A stretch of 63,972 nucleotides of DNA, counting the filler, from Craspedostauros australis (taxonomy: Eukaryota), in the NCBI GenBank assembly GCA_030167865.1. It is 9 parts of 9 records of this genome, joined end to end, with 100 filler letters (N's around TTAATTAATTAA, not from the genome) between each part and the next. Parts side by side here need not be neighbours in the genome. Positions count along the whole stretch, not along the records: positions 31,024 to 54,916 come from JALAGF010006384.1; positions 55,017 to 59,500 come from JALAGF010006385.1; 7 more parts are not named here. One strand, given 5' to 3'. This document shows, in pieces, positions 45,643 through 57,443 of the stretch. Position numbers and translations under genes: made by a program. Within the stretch, counting starts at the first letter, position 1. The number at the start of each line of letters is the position of its first letter. The notes under the pieces are model-generated. The model was not told the origin of the DNA, searched no databases, and worked only from the letters and a program-made list of their open reading frames with translations.

Positions 45643-47454
45643 ATGAATCTGGATTCGGAGGACATGAACGGCATCGAGGCCATCCGCGGCTACATCGACC
45701 GCATTGTGAGCGGAGACAACAAGTGCCGCGGCATGAAGGTGCTGATCCTGGACAGCGCCACCACTCAGATCGTCTCCTGCGTCTACTCGCAGACGGAGAT
45801 CCTCTCCAAGGAGGTCTACCTGGTCTCGAGGCTGGAGGACCAGGACAAGCAGCAGCACCAACAGCAGCAGCAGCCCGGTTCCGCCTCATCATCGTCCATG
45901 TCCGGACCCTCGCACCTCAAGGCCGTCATCTTCGCGCGTCCCACTGAGGCCTCCATCGCACGCATCGTCAAGGAAGTCAGGCATCCCAAATACGCGGAGT
46001 ACCACATATTCGTCAGCGGCATCCTCACCACCGGGCTGCTGCGGCTGCTGGCAGAGAACGACGTGCAGGAGCGCATCCGCCAGGTGCAGGAGTTCTTCGC
46101 GGACTTCTGCCCCATCAACGAGGACCTCCTCACCTGCGAATCCAGGAACACGCTGGCCATGACGGTCGCGGCCGGCACGTCCTGGGCCCCGCAGCACGCC
46201 CATCTCTACGACCGCAACCTCAAGGGCGCCCAGGCCATGCTCCTGGCGCTCAAGCGTCAGCCGGCGGCCATACGCTACGCCAGCTCCAGCCCCTGCGCGC
46301 AGGAGGTCGCCAAGGAGCTCAACGAGATCATCCAGTCCGACGACGTCTTCCACTTCCGCCGGCAGCAGCGTCGGGCGGCCGGCAACAACAAGGGCGGCCT
46401 GCTGCTGCTCGTGCTGGATCGCAGGGACGATCCCGTCACGCCGCTCCTCTCGCAATGGACCTACCAGGCCATGGTGCACGAGCTCCTGGGCCTCAACAAC
46501 CACCGCGTCACGCTCAAGGGCGCGCCCAACATCACCAAGGACCTCGAGGAGGTCGTGCTCTCGGCCACGCAGGACTCCTTCTTCGCGCAGAATCGACACA
46601 AGAACTTCGGCCAGCTCGGCGAGGAGATCCAGCGTCTCCTGCAGGAGTACCAGAAGCAGACCGCGCAGCACAACACGGCCAACCTCAACACGATAGAAGC
46701 GATGCAGGCCTTCATGGAGAAGTTCCCGGAAATGCGCTCGCAAAGTCACAACGTCTCCAAGCACGTCGCCATCATGGGGGAGCTGGCCCGTCTCGTGGAG
46801 ATATGCTCCCTCATGGACGTCTCGCAGTTCGAGCAGGAGCTGGCCTGCGCCGACGATCACAACGCCCATTGGCGGGAGCTCATGGAAAAGCTGGCCTCGC
46901 CCACCATCAAGATACCCGACAAGCTGCGCCTGGGCCTGCTCTACTCCCTGCGCTACGAGACGTCCGGCAACCTCCACATGGTGCAGCAGGCCATGAAGAA
47001 GGGCGGCGTGCCGGCCAACATGGTGGAGCTCGTGCAGGTCATGCTGCGCTACGCCGGCACCAAGAGCCGCGGACCCGGTCTCTACGGTGACAACAAGAAC
47101 CTCATGAGCAAGATGACCAAATCCTTCATGACGTCCGTGCAGGGCGTGCAGAACGTCTACTCGCAGCACATACCGCTCCTCATGGACACCATCACGCAGA
47201 TACAGAGGGGCAAGCTGCGCAAGGACACGCATCCCTTCGTGCGCGGCAGCGTCGTCTACCAGACCGCCACGCCCGAGGCCGTCATCCCGCAGGAGGTCCT
47301 CGTCTTCATGGTGGGCGGCGTCACGTACGAGGAGGGCACCAAGATCGCCGAGTTCAACGAGCAACATCAAGGCAAGATGCAGGTCATTCTGGGTGGCAGC
47401 ACGGTGCACAACAGCACGAGTTTTTTGGATGAGCTGAAACGGACGTCTTTGTGA
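45643..47454 (+). CDS. VPS45: Sec1/Munc18 family protein Vps45
   Basis: GMKVLILDSATTQIVSCVYSQTEILSKEVYL, RQVQEFFADF, LDRRDDPVTPLLSQWTYQAMVHELLG, NVSKHVAIMGEL, GVQNVYSQH, FMVGGVTYEE, LGGSTVHNS. Confidence 0.96.
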   Translation: MNLDSEDMNGIEAIRGYIDRIVSGDNKCRGMKVLILDSATTQIVSCVYSQTEILSKEVYLVSRLEDQDKQQHQQQQQPGSASSSSMSGPSHLKAVIFARPTEASIARIVKEVRHPKYAEYHIFVSGILTTGLLRLLAENDVQERIRQVQEFFADFCPINEDLLTCESRNTLAMTVAAGTSWAPQHAHLYDRNLKGAQAMLLALKRQPAAIRYASSSPCAQEVAKELNEIIQSDDVFHFRRQQRRAAGNNKGGLLLLVLDRRDDPVTPLLSQWTYQAMVHELLGLNNHRVTLKGAPNITKDLEEVVLSATQDSFFAQNRHKNFGQLGEEIQRLLQEYQKQTAQHNTANLNTIEAMQAFMEKFPEMRSQSHNVSKHVAIMGELARLVEICSLMDVSQFEQELACADDHNAHWRELMEKLASPTIKIPDKLRLGLLYSLRYETSGNLHMVQQAMKKGGVPANMVELVQVMLRYAGTKSRGPGLYGDNKNLMSKMTKSFMTSVQGVQNVYSQHIPLLMDTITQIQRGKLRKDTHPFVRGSVVYQTATPEAVIPQEVLVFMVGGVTYEEGTKIAEFNEQHQGKMQVILGGSTVHNSTSFLDELKRTSL

Positions 47455-47744
47455 TGTTGGGTGGTGTAAGCATAAGACCAAGCATAAGTATTGCTCTCTA
47501 TACTTGAATGATTCCTGATCTAGTATACTTCAGATGGTTCTACCATGCCATCGCTCTGTCCATTTCATATCACAGTCACAACCACAGACCTACATACCCA
47601 GAGCCGTAGCCGAAGTCGTGTCTGAGCACTAACAATTGCTCACGTTTCCCCCTAACAGTATGAGATGAATCTTTGGCCATACCATAGCATGCCATACCAT
47701 GTTCTACCATGTCACAAGACACAAGACACAACAGCTGACGAACA

Positions 47745-48611
47745 TCACGTCGTTTCCATCTCCACATCTCTCGGCTGCATCTTGTCATCCGTCGTCGGCA
47801 GAAAGTGCCTCGTCATGGTGTGGGTCTTGTTCGTTTGCTCGTTGTTGATAGTGAGCTTCTGCAGCAACACCGTACTCTTGCCCTCCTCCTGAATGAGCGT
47901 CTTGATATCTTCCACATGCGCCATCCCGTTCATCGTGAGCAACGAATTCGTGATCTTGAGCCGGTCCGCACCCTCGAGCTGCGCCAGACACTTCTTGGGA
48001 CGATTGTCGGGCTTGAGATGCTCCACCGATTCGACGCCCAGCGTGAGGCGCACGACGAGGTCGTTGTTAACGCGCGAGCGTTTCGTGATCTTGAGACTGC
48101 CGTCGGCACCCAGCTCGATGCGGTGCATCGTCTCGTGCTCCAATTCGCCCTTCTCATGCGCTTGGATGGCCAGCTCGTTGACGTGCAGCGTCTCGAGGTA
48201 TCCGCGCATCGACCAGCCTGGTTGCGTCTTGTCGAGGATCCAAACGCCGTTGAAGTCCTTGCGGTGGATGATGGGAGGTGGCGGTGTGGGTTGCGTCTGC
48301 ATGGGCGTCGGAGCGGCAGAGGTTTGCATCGGAATGGGAGCAGCGGGCGGTGCGACAGGTGTATTCCCCGTCACGGCCATGGCTTGTGGCGCAGCGGCCG
48401 GCACTGCTGCCAGTGGCGGTGCTGCTACTGCGACTGCAACCGCTGCGGGCACAACAGTCGCCGCCGGTACAGCAGGTGCCATTGCCGGAACGGGTGCTGC
48501 CTGAACGGGTGCTGGAATTGCCGGTGCAGCTTGCACTGTTTGCATTGCTGTCACCGTCGCTGCTGCCGCCGGTGGTGGCGCTTGCGTTGCGGAGGCAACT
48601 GGAGTCCTCAT
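47745..48611 (-). CDS. Protein with an Ala/Pro-rich N-terminus and a calycin (FABP/lipocalin-like) domain
   Basis: 288-aa ORF; DFNGVWILDK (GxW motif), then two short helices and alternating beta-strand-like segments. Start codon is uncertain. Confidence 0.65.
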   Translation of the reverse strand: MRTPVASATQAPPPAAAATVTAMQTVQAAPAIPAPVQAAPVPAMAPAVPAATVVPAAVAVAVAAPPLAAVPAAAPQAMAVTGNTPVAPPAAPIPMQTSAAPTPMQTQPTPPPPIIHRKDFNGVWILDKTQPGWSMRGYLETLHVNELAIQAHEKGELEHETMHRIELGADGSLKITKRSRVNNDLVVRLTLGVESVEHLKPDNRPKKCLAQLEGADRLKITNSLLTMNGMAHVEDIKTLIQEEGKSTVLLQKLTINNEQTNKTHTMTRHFLPTTDDKMQPRDVEMETT

Positions 48612-49283
48612 CGTTCTTCAATGACAACGGTCATGCACCCGAGTATGGCGGAGTTGGAAATGGAGAAGCAGATGTCAGATGCAACACTTGTGAGGTTTCT
48701 CTCGGTGTCCCAGATCTGCCTCTTGATGTGTGTGTCGAATTGGGGCATTGCGCAGGGTGCGGCGCCAAAACACGAAACGTGGATCCATTCGCGATGTTGC
48801 ATGAGCGTTAAAACACAGTTTTGAAAGCTGCGGTAAGAAAATACTAGTTGTGTTCGATCGTGACAACTTCCATCGATACCCATCGCATTGTACATGCGAC
48901 ATGCTTATCCACGATTGCAGGCAAAACACACAATCGACGACCACCACGATCGTGTTGGATCACGCTGTTGACTCCAGCGATCACCGCAAAATGACCCTGG
49001 CCGAGAACGCAACGGATGAAAAACAACAAACCACCCCATCCACCACCACCACGCGACAGCCTCACACAATCGCCGCCTTTCCTCCTCTGTGCAGAGTTGC
49101 ATCCGATCCAACGCTGATGGTTTGAAGGGGGGGCGTATGGTACGACTATCGGCAACGTCAATCTCATCCAATTCCACACTCGCAGTGGCTAACCAAGGGC
49201 AGAATCGAAGGTGCAATCGAAGGTGCTTGGATTGAGCGAAGCAGGAAGACCATCGGACTCACACATAAACTAGACCTTCGAAA

Positions 49284-51260
49284 ATGCCACCATCCATATC
49301 CAAAGGCAAAGGCAATGACGGTGGCAACGATGGTGGCAACGGCAAGTCCATTCCCGCCGTCGCTGTGGCTGTCACCACCATCGGCGAGACGAATGCAACA
49401 GGCCAAGCCCCACCGAGGACATCCCAGGATGCAAAATTGAATGCCAATGCAAGCGCAACAGAAGAGAATGACGATGATGATGAGGTGGATGTGCTGCATA
49501 TCCCAGCGAACACGGGGCTGATATCAAACCGACGCAAGAGCATCCGCGATCGGGTCAATGCCGACGATTCCAGGGAATGGCAACGGCCATACTGGCTGGG
49601 GGGCGTCCTCTTCCTCATCCTCTTTGCGTTCTGGCTGCTGGACTCGCTCAAGGATCCCATATTCGCCAAGCTCGTCGACGGCAACCTCGATTCGCACCAG
49701 CCGCCGGCGAAGATAGTCTCGGTCGTCACCACCCTCATTCTCGTCTGCGTCATCGAGGTCGTGTCCAACCAACGCCAGAAGGAGCGCCAGCAGAACGCGG
49801 TGCAGCAGATCCGTTCCGCCAAGGACGTCATGAGTTCCGGCGGAACGTGGTCGACGATGGCCCTCAGCAGCGAGGGGGCCGATCCGCACGAACATCAAGC
49901 GCCCGACGACACCGTCTCCATATCCATCTTCTACTTCATCGGCATTCCCTACATCGCCGTCTTTGGCGTCTACGCCAACATATTGTCGCACTACGACGTG
50001 CCGGAGGGCGAGACCAGAGGCAACGGATTCGATGGCTGGTACGTCCTGGGGTACATCCTCTACGCCTGCATCGAATCCTTCGGCTCCCTCGCCGTGGCCA
50101 GCTTCTGGTCCTACACCAACTCCACGCTATCCTTGGCCGATGCCGAACGGTACTACGGACCGATCATCGCCCTGGCGCAGCTCGGCGCGATCGGCGGCGC
50201 GACCACGGTGGCATCTAACCAGTGGTTGCCCATGCAGCTTCTCGTGCTGGCCTGCTTGATGATCGTCCTCCTGCTCGTCGCCATGCATACCTACCATCAG
50301 CGATTCCCGCCCACGAGCTTCCTGGCGGCGGGGGAGAACTCCTACCGCAATCGCGATCGCATCATGACATGGCAGGATGACGATGTGACGTTGACGCAGC
50401 CCTTCTGGTCCGGCATCTTGCTCATTCTGCGGCACAACTACGTCCTGCTCATCCTCGGCGTCTCGTGTCTCTACGAGGTCAGCCTCACGTGCCTCGATTA
50501 CCAGATGAAGCTGCTGGGATGGAATCGATTCGAGCACATCGCCGCCCCCATCGACAGCGGCATGTCCTTCTCGCAGTTCATGGGACATTACGGGCAGGTC
50601 GTCAACGGAACCAGCCTGATCGTCTCATCTCTCATCTTCCCATGGCTGCTCAAACGGGTCGGCCTGCGCATCACGTTGCGTCTCTTCCCAACCCTCCTCG
50701 TCGTCGCCACCGTCGTGGCCTACGTGGCGTTCCCCGGAAACCTGGCCGTCCTCTTCGTCTCCCTCTCCTTGCTCAAGGCCATGACGTACAGTCTGCACGA
50801 CCCCGCCAAGGAGATGCTGTACCTGCCCACGTCCAACGCCATTAAGTTCCGATCCAAATTCTGGATCGACGTCGTGGGAGCGCGCGTCTCGAAGGCCTTC
50901 GGTAGCGTCCTCAACACGTACGCCGGCAGCGTGGATCGCAGCGTCCGGGTCGGAAGCCTGCCGTCGTTGCTGACGGCCGTCGCCTTGCTGTGGGCATCCT
51001 ACAAGATCGGTATCGAATTCGATGGTCTGTTGCAGCGCGGCGATATCGTGGGGCTGGACGCCAATTTGGACGACGAGCGCGATACGTATCTCGGTGTGGC
51101 CGGCCGCGACGAGGCGGAATGGAGTCGTCCAGATGCGCCGTCGCAACCCGAGCAATCTCTGTTTGCAAGCCAGCCATCGAGTTCCAACAACGTCGACGAG
51201 CAGCGCAGCGACTCATCTGCCTCAGTGGGAATGAAGTCGGTCGAATTGACGGGTGTGTAG
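49284..51260 (+). CDS. TLC/NTT-family nucleotide (ATP/ADP) transporter-like protein
   Basis: FWLLDSLKDP, ESFGSLAVASFWSYTN...AERYYG..IALAQLG, KAMTYSLHDPAKEMLYLPTSNAIKFRSKFWIDVVGARVSKAFGS; about 11-12 TM segments. Confidence 0.9.
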   Translation: MPPSISKGKGNDGGNDGGNGKSIPAVAVAVTTIGETNATGQAPPRTSQDAKLNANASATEENDDDDEVDVLHIPANTGLISNRRKSIRDRVNADDSREWQRPYWLGGVLFLILFAFWLLDSLKDPIFAKLVDGNLDSHQPPAKIVSVVTTLILVCVIEVVSNQRQKERQQNAVQQIRSAKDVMSSGGTWSTMALSSEGADPHEHQAPDDTVSISIFYFIGIPYIAVFGVYANILSHYDVPEGETRGNGFDGWYVLGYILYACIESFGSLAVASFWSYTNSTLSLADAERYYGPIIALAQLGAIGGATTVASNQWLPMQLLVLACLMIVLLLVAMHTYHQRFPPTSFLAAGENSYRNRDRIMTWQDDDVTLTQPFWSGILLILRHNYVLLILGVSCLYEVSLTCLDYQMKLLGWNRFEHIAAPIDSGMSFSQFMGHYGQVVNGTSLIVSSLIFPWLLKRVGLRITLRLFPTLLVVATVVAYVAFPGNLAVLFVSLSLLKAMTYSLHDPAKEMLYLPTSNAIKFRSKFWIDVVGARVSKAFGSVLNTYAGSVDRSVRVGSLPSLLTAVALLWASYKIGIEFDGLLQRGDIVGLDANLDDERDTYLGVAGRDEAEWSRPDAPSQPEQSLFASQPSSSNNVDEQRSDSSASVGMKSVELTGV

Positions 51261-51979
51261 CGTGCAGAAGTTCACTGCGATCCAGAGGCGACGCGTGGTA
51301 CACTTGACCATGCAGTGGAAGCGATAGATGTTGCACCATCTTTCAAGTTCGAAGTTAACGCATAAATTGTACAGAGCAGCATTTCAAAGTAGCCTCCGGA
51401 ACAGATTGTTTCGATTTCGCCTCAATGTCACACTGACAGCGTTGGATGTACACTTAGATCTCATGGGGCAATCATAACCAGCCATTGTAGATACCATGGA
51501 GTGTGCAGTGCGAGGATGCTGAAGCGTAGAGTGCGAGCAATGAATTGCGAGTATTCTACGGTGGAGTTGTCTATCCATGCATAGCACTCGTTGTCAACCA
51601 CTTCATCCCATTGAACTTGCTTGCTCGTGGTAGGCTACGGGTTCTCCGAAATGAGGCTAACGAAGCGCCAATAATGCGAACATGTTCGATGTTGACAGAC
51701 GCGAACCCATGCCGGTGTCAACAAAACAGACGCATCATCAGACGAAGACATCTCGTCATGATGGTAACAACAGCATCATCATCAATCAAAGCACAACTTC
51801 GAGTTGGCAATCACGTGCCGCACACACCCATACCTGGCATACTCGTTCTCGCAGCTGGACAACAAATCATAAAGCAGGAGGACAGAGTGTTAGAATCGCA
51901 GCGTCGAGTAGACCTGAGCACCTCGCATCACATTCTATTCAAATCGAAGTGAAGAGAAGCTAAGGAAAGAAGAACAAAG

Positions 51980-53029
51980 ATGGCAACCACAACCGCAAGA
52001 CGAATGCAATCGCTTCTCCGAGACGCCACCAAGTTGGCGTCCCGCTCAGTGTTGTCATCAGGCCGGTGCATCGCCACACAGAGCATCCATGCTCGCAGCC
52101 TTTCATCTTCGGCGACTTCAGAAGCCGCGTCAGCACCATCATCATTCGACAAGGTCGGGGTGATCGGGCTGGGCTTGATGGGACATGGCATCTGTCAGAC
52201 GGCCGCATCCTCCGGGTTGCACTCCTCCATCGTCGCGTACGAGCCGGAAGATGCGTTCCTCCTCAAGGGAAAAGACCGCATCCAGAAATCGTTGGACAAG
52301 CTCGTCGCGAAGGAGAAGCTCGCAGCCGAAAAGGCAGCCTCCATTTTGGACTCGATTCTCTTCACGACCGACATGGATGCGCTTGGAGACACGGATCTGA
52401 TCGTGGAGGCCATCATGGAGAACTTGCCCATGAAGCAGGAACTGTACACGCGGCTGGGCCATGAGGTTTGCAAGCCGGAGACGGTGTTTGCCTCCAACAC
52501 ATCCTCCTTGGCCATCGCCGATATGAACGCAGCATCCGGACGACCGGATAAGTTCGTCGGAATTCACTTCTTCAACCCGGTCCAGCTCATGAAGTTGGTC
52601 GAGGTCATCCGCACGGACGAGACGGATCCCGCCGTGTTCGATGATGTCTTTGACTGGGTCAAGGGAATTGGCAAAGTGCCGGTGAGCTGCGGCGACACGC
52701 CCGGATTCATCGTGAATCGGTTGCTCGTGCCCAGCCTGTTGCAGGCCATGCTCATGGTGGATCGCAAGGACGCCACCGTCGCCGACATTGACGTCTCCCT
52801 TCAGCTGGGTGCCGGGCATCCCATGGGACCGTTGCATCTGGCGGATTACATCGGGTTGGACACGTGCCTGTTCATCGTGCAAGGGTGGGTGGAGAAGTAT
52901 CCCGACGAGCCAGCATTCGTGCTGCCGGAATCGTTGGTCGCCAAGGTGGAGGCAGGTGATTTTGGTCGCAAATCGGGGCGTGGCTTTTATGTTTGGGATG
53001 GCGACAAGCGTGGCGATCCCGTAGAATGA
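51980..53029 (+). CDS. HADH: 3-hydroxyacyl-CoA dehydrogenase (NAD-dependent), probably mitochondrial
   Basis: Rossmann motif VGVIGLGLMGHGI, DLIVEAIMEN, FASNTSSL, GIHFFNPV, DTPGFIVNRLL, GAGHPMGPLHLADYIGLDT, GRKSGRGFY; Arg/Ser-rich non-acidic presequence. Confidence 0.95.
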   Translation: MATTTARRMQSLLRDATKLASRSVLSSGRCIATQSIHARSLSSSATSEAASAPSSFDKVGVIGLGLMGHGICQTAASSGLHSSIVAYEPEDAFLLKGKDRIQKSLDKLVAKEKLAAEKAASILDSILFTTDMDALGDTDLIVEAIMENLPMKQELYTRLGHEVCKPETVFASNTSSLAIADMNAASGRPDKFVGIHFFNPVQLMKLVEVIRTDETDPAVFDDVFDWVKGIGKVPVSCGDTPGFIVNRLLVPSLLQAMLMVDRKDATVADIDVSLQLGAGHPMGPLHLADYIGLDTCLFIVQGWVEKYPDEPAFVLPESLVAKVEAGDFGRKSGRGFYVWDGDKRGDPVE

Positions 53030-53506
53030 AACTATCTGAAACGACAAGATGTATGAGCCCCTCGAGCGAGTCGACCAACTGTTTGAAATGAACTTTCATA
53101 CTTTTTTCCTCCGATTTAAAAACTAAGCGCATATTCGTAATCCTCATAGATCTAAAACATATACTGATCCATTTTGGTTCTGCTATTGCTCCTATTTTAT
53201 GTTTTATGGACCGATGGATGTNCATATTTTCCGATCTCTTTCGGGTTTCAGCCCTTTGGCTACGACTACATCGATCCAACTTAACCCTTTGCTGTTCTTC
53301 GTTTCAGCAAGCTTGTTCCGATTTTGAATTGTTTAGTCTCTTTTTGAGGAGTTCCGATCAGACCATCCAACAGTCCCTCCACGATAGCGCTAGTTGTAGA
53401 GTTTGGGGAGAAGCGGCGATTTTGCATTTACATCCATTCTACCCTATGTTTGCCTGATCCGTCATCTACGTCACCAACCTGGCTACTGCGTCATGAAATA
53501 CCAATC

Positions 53507-54670
53507 ACAGCACGATGTGAATCATCCTTGGCTACGTTTCGTCGTCACGGAATGGTTGAGTTACATTGGTACTCTCGAAGTGTTTTGTGTGATGCTTCCT
53601 TCGTACATTTGTTAATGTTATACGTAATTACCGGTTACCCCAAGATGTGAGGCCGGTCGGGAGCGCCAAACTCGAAACAACAACATGACAATGGTGGAAA
53701 ACAAAAAAAAATCCACAATGGCCGTCCAACGGCATCCTCGGCGCCGCACCAACAAGCGGTCCACCGACAAATCCAAGCNNNNNNNCGTCACCGCCATGCA
53801 ACCCTTGGTGGGTGGACGAGCGGAGGCTGCGAGAGCGGTTGATTTGGGGCCGCCGCAGGCCTCCGCGCAAACGTCTCAAGATTGCGGCAAATTGGCTCGT
53901 TGGATGTAGCCTGTGTACTCCATGCACAGGCCACACCAACACCTACAAATGGGCAAGGCACATCCAAGAGGGCATCGCCAACGCGTCCACGAAGTCTCAG
54001 GCTCGGGGAGGCCCAGGAAGGCATCCGCGCGGAGGAAAAGGTGGAGGGCAAGAGTTTTGTTGGGCGGATCNNNNNNNNNNNNNNNNNNNNNNNNNNNNNN
54101 NNNNNNNNNNNNNNNNNNNNACAGCACGATGTGAATCATCCTTGGCTACGTTTCGTCGTAACGGAATGGTTGAGTTACATTGGTACTCTCGAAGTGTTTT
54201 GTGTCAGGCTTCTTTCGTACATTTGGTACACTTGTTTCTTATTACCGCACCCCCCAAGATGTGAGGCCGGTCGGGAGCGCAAAACTCGACACAACCACAT
54301 GACGAGGGTGGAAAACAAAAACAAAATCCACAATGGCCGTCCAACGGCATCCTCGGCGCCGCACCAACNAGCGGTCCACCGACAAATCCAAGCACATCGC
54401 CGTCACCGCCATGCAACCCTTGGTGGGTGGACGAGCGGAGGCTGCGAGAGCGGTTGATTTGGGGCCGCCGCAGGCCTCCGCGCAAACGTCTCAAGATTGC
54501 GGCAAATTGGCTCGTTGGATGTAGCCTGTGTACTCCATGCACAGGGCACACCAACACCTACAAATGGGCAAGGCGCATACAAGAGGGCATCGCCAACGCG
54601 CCCACGAAGTCTCAGGCTCGGGGAGGACCAGGAAGGCATCCGCGCGGAGGAATTGGTGGAGGGCAAGAGT
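53507..54670. repeat. Two diverged tandem copies of a ~614-bp non-coding unit
   Basis: ACAGCACGATGTGAATCATCCTTGGCTACG at 53507 and 54121; colinear with scattered substitutions; an N gap separates the copies. Confidence 0.75.
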
Positions 54671-55016
54671 TTTGTTGGGCAGATCGCGGCGAACCTGCCA
54701 TGTGACTTTGGCAGTGAGGGGGCAGCATCATCAAGCTGCCCAATCTCCAAGTCACCCATACAAGCCCCGTGCGNNNNNGCCTGAAGATGCACGTCGCGAA
54801 GTTTGGGCTGCTCAAATGGTCTGGAAGAGGCTGCGGCATGGAATGAGTGCCAACAGGTCTTTTTTTGTGGGCCACCCCAAAACAACAGTGGCATCACCAA
54901 ATGGAGGTGTACCATCNNNNNNNNNNNNNNNNNNNNNNNNNNNNNNNNNNNNNNNNNNNNTTAATTAATTAANNNNNNNNNNNNNNNNNNNNNNNNNNNN
55001 NNNNNNNNNNNNNNNN

Positions 55017-55614
55017 GGTAGGAATGGCCCGCTGGCGGCGACGCCAGAAGCCGCAGAGCACCCAAGGAGACATCGGGTGGTACCCCTTGTTGCTGGGGTT
55101 CCTACACAAGGATTGGCGAAAACAGCAGTCTCAATGGATGGAGCATCACGAATGCGTCTTCCCGGACGCGGCAGCATGGACGAAGGAAGTGATCCGGTGG
55201 GTCTGGAAGGTTCCCTGGAGTGTTTGGGTGGCGCGCAACAAGAAGGTGCACGACGGCGAGCAGCACCCGTCACTGGCGGAGCTGCGGCGGCAAGTGCGAC
55301 GGATCGCGGCAAGCGCCAGCCAGGACATGAACGAGTCCGAGATGGTTCTCCTGCGGGAGGGCTCTCAGATGGAATATGGAACGGAGTCGCAGATGCGGCA
55401 GTGGATACATGACATGCAGGAGGTGCATTCCAAGGTGGCCGCCCGGCGACGGGCGCGCACCATGCAGAATGAACGGCGGCTGATGAGTAACTGGCTGGGC
55501 CTAGCATGATTCGGGTGTTCGACGGCTCGCTCGAAACCCGGTCCTACGGGGCCGGCGGAGGCGAGGGTAAAGCTTACAGGGCGCATTTCTAATGTAATCA
55601 TTGAGTTATTATTA
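55017..55614 (+). mobile_element. 3' end of a non-LTR retrotransposon (ORF C-terminus to 55509, 3' UTR, (TTA)n tail) abutting a piggyBac ORF
   Basis: QGDIGWYPLLLG...W..QQ...W...I..VW...WSVWVARNKKVH is typical of LINE ORF2 C-termini; tail TTATTATTAT at about 55605-55614 joins directly to mid-transposase sequence. Confidence 0.75.
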
Positions 55615-56579
55615 TTGTCGTGGATTCCCTCCCAAGGAAATGAAGGACATTGAAGATGAGCGCTTCAACTCTCTGTACATCTGGACAGAGAGCGACAAGT
55701 ATGTCATTACTCGATGGGTGGATAACAATGTGGTGCTCATGGTAAGTACGGTCCATTATGGAAATGAGACACTCGCAAAGAATCGACATTGACCACGACA
55801 GACCACAACGAACAAAAAACATCTGAGAACTGTCTGGGGTGATGACTGGAATGCTGCAATCAAGATCCCAAGAATGATCGATGACTACAATCATTGGATG
55901 GGAGGGGTGGATTGGTGCGATCAGCTTATCGCATACTACCGACCAAATCTGCGGTGTTGAAGGGTATGGATGCCAATCATGTTTCACCTGCTCGACATAC
56001 TGAGGGTGAACTCATGGATCGCACACAGCCACCTTGTGGAGGAGGAGAATCGAATGGATCACAAATCATATGGCTTGGCGATGGTGGAAGCGCTGGTGCG
56101 AAAAGCAAGGACGTGCGAAGGTCGCGGCACAAGGAGGGCAGGGAGAATCCCAAAGGAGCTAAGAACAAGGACGAGGATGAGCAGTACCCAACCAGAACTA
56201 AGCGCGGACAGGTTCATGGGGGTGTATTCAGACCACAGACAGATAATCGACGAGGATGGTAAGCAACAACTTTGCCAATATTGCTGCTACTTGAAGGCCA
56301 CAAATAAAATTACTGGCCTAGAAAGAAACACCCCAAAAAGGGTCAAACGGATCTACAGCTTATGCGGAGTCCATATCTGCAAGGAACATTGGGGTGTCTA
56401 CCATGGAAGGTGTTGAACTAAGGTAAAACATAATTTCAGTGGTTTCCAACGATAGCACTAGTAAACGATGGTACAGATTTAGTTTTCACGTAGGCCGTGG
56501 TAGGACAAACACGTTCAAAATTTAACACGGTGTCGAGATAAACGATATAATAGTGCACTTATCTCTGGGTCATGAAGGG
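55615..56579 (+). mobile_element. piggyBac-like element 3' part: transposase C-terminus (to 56416, internal stops) and right TIR
   Basis: RGFPPKEMKDIEDERFNSLYIWTE...RWVDNN closely matches the copy at 13908; IDDYNHWMGGVDWCDQL; C-terminal Cys-rich domain CQYC...CGVHICKEHW; TGA at 55790 and about 55958; TIR CTGGGTCATGAAGGG. Confidence 0.9.
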
Positions 56580-56582
56580 ATA

Positions 56583-57392
56583 TGTCAGGAATCGGGTGTT
56601 CTGAAACACCATATTGCCGCACCTCCCAAGAGTAAGGAGTCGAATGTAATGATATTATACATTAACGCAACTCCCACATTGGATCTTTGTGACAGAAAAT
56701 GTGAGCTACACGTGTCTTGCGGTTGAGAACGCCACGTGCCGAATGCGAACCAGACTTTGCCGTTCGTTACCTCAATGCAGGAATGTGAATCACACGTGGA
56801 TGTCGCAGGGATCAGGGATGTTGGAATCGTGACCAACAAATACACGCAACTACAGCCCCCATGTCGCAACCAATGAGAAAAGAGTACTTGAGAAAGGCCG
56901 ATGTCACGAAGAGTGAGATGGCCTGTGAACGGATCAGCAATGACGAACCTGCGAAGAGCCAGTGAAGTGATCGGTGAAGTAATTGGAGAAACGATCGGTT
57001 AAGCATCGGAGATGATCGGAGATGTGTGATGATGAGGATCTGAGAGAGCCCCATCCAAGGTGTTCCTGTGACAAATAGGGATCGTGATCTGATCGAATGG
57101 ACCGAGCTGTGTGATGCCTACGACTCGGCAATGTCTAAGGCAACGAAACTATCAGTGGAGGACAACGTGCTTTTGTGCACGAACATGGGATACTCGGTGG
57201 TGCATGCATGTCCATGATGAATTTGTGATGAATGCAAGATGGATGCGTGCTAGACCAACAGAGGGACCCATGGAGATCTCAGGAGGAGATCGGACTTTGA
57301 AGTTGAGAGCAATGAAGAGCTCACAGTTCAGAGAAGTAGATTCTAGCAAACAATTAGCTTTCTACTATCACCACCACCCCGGATTTCCAACA
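56583..57392 (+). mobile_element. LTR-like element family B, copy 1 (810 bp; strand arbitrary)
   Basis: TGTCAGGAATCGGGTG...CCCCGGATTTCCAACA termini; inverted homologue at 57524-58511. Confidence 0.8.
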
Positions 57393-57411
57393 AACATGAA
57401 CATGGAATATT

Positions 57412-57443
<32 letters not shown>

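Noticed and set aside
42988..53047. Long antisense or alternate-frame ORFs (42988-44235, 43629-44579, 45889-47481, 47805-48824, 52142-53047)
   Set aside because: Shadows of GC3-rich genes with clear family motifs in another frame or strand.
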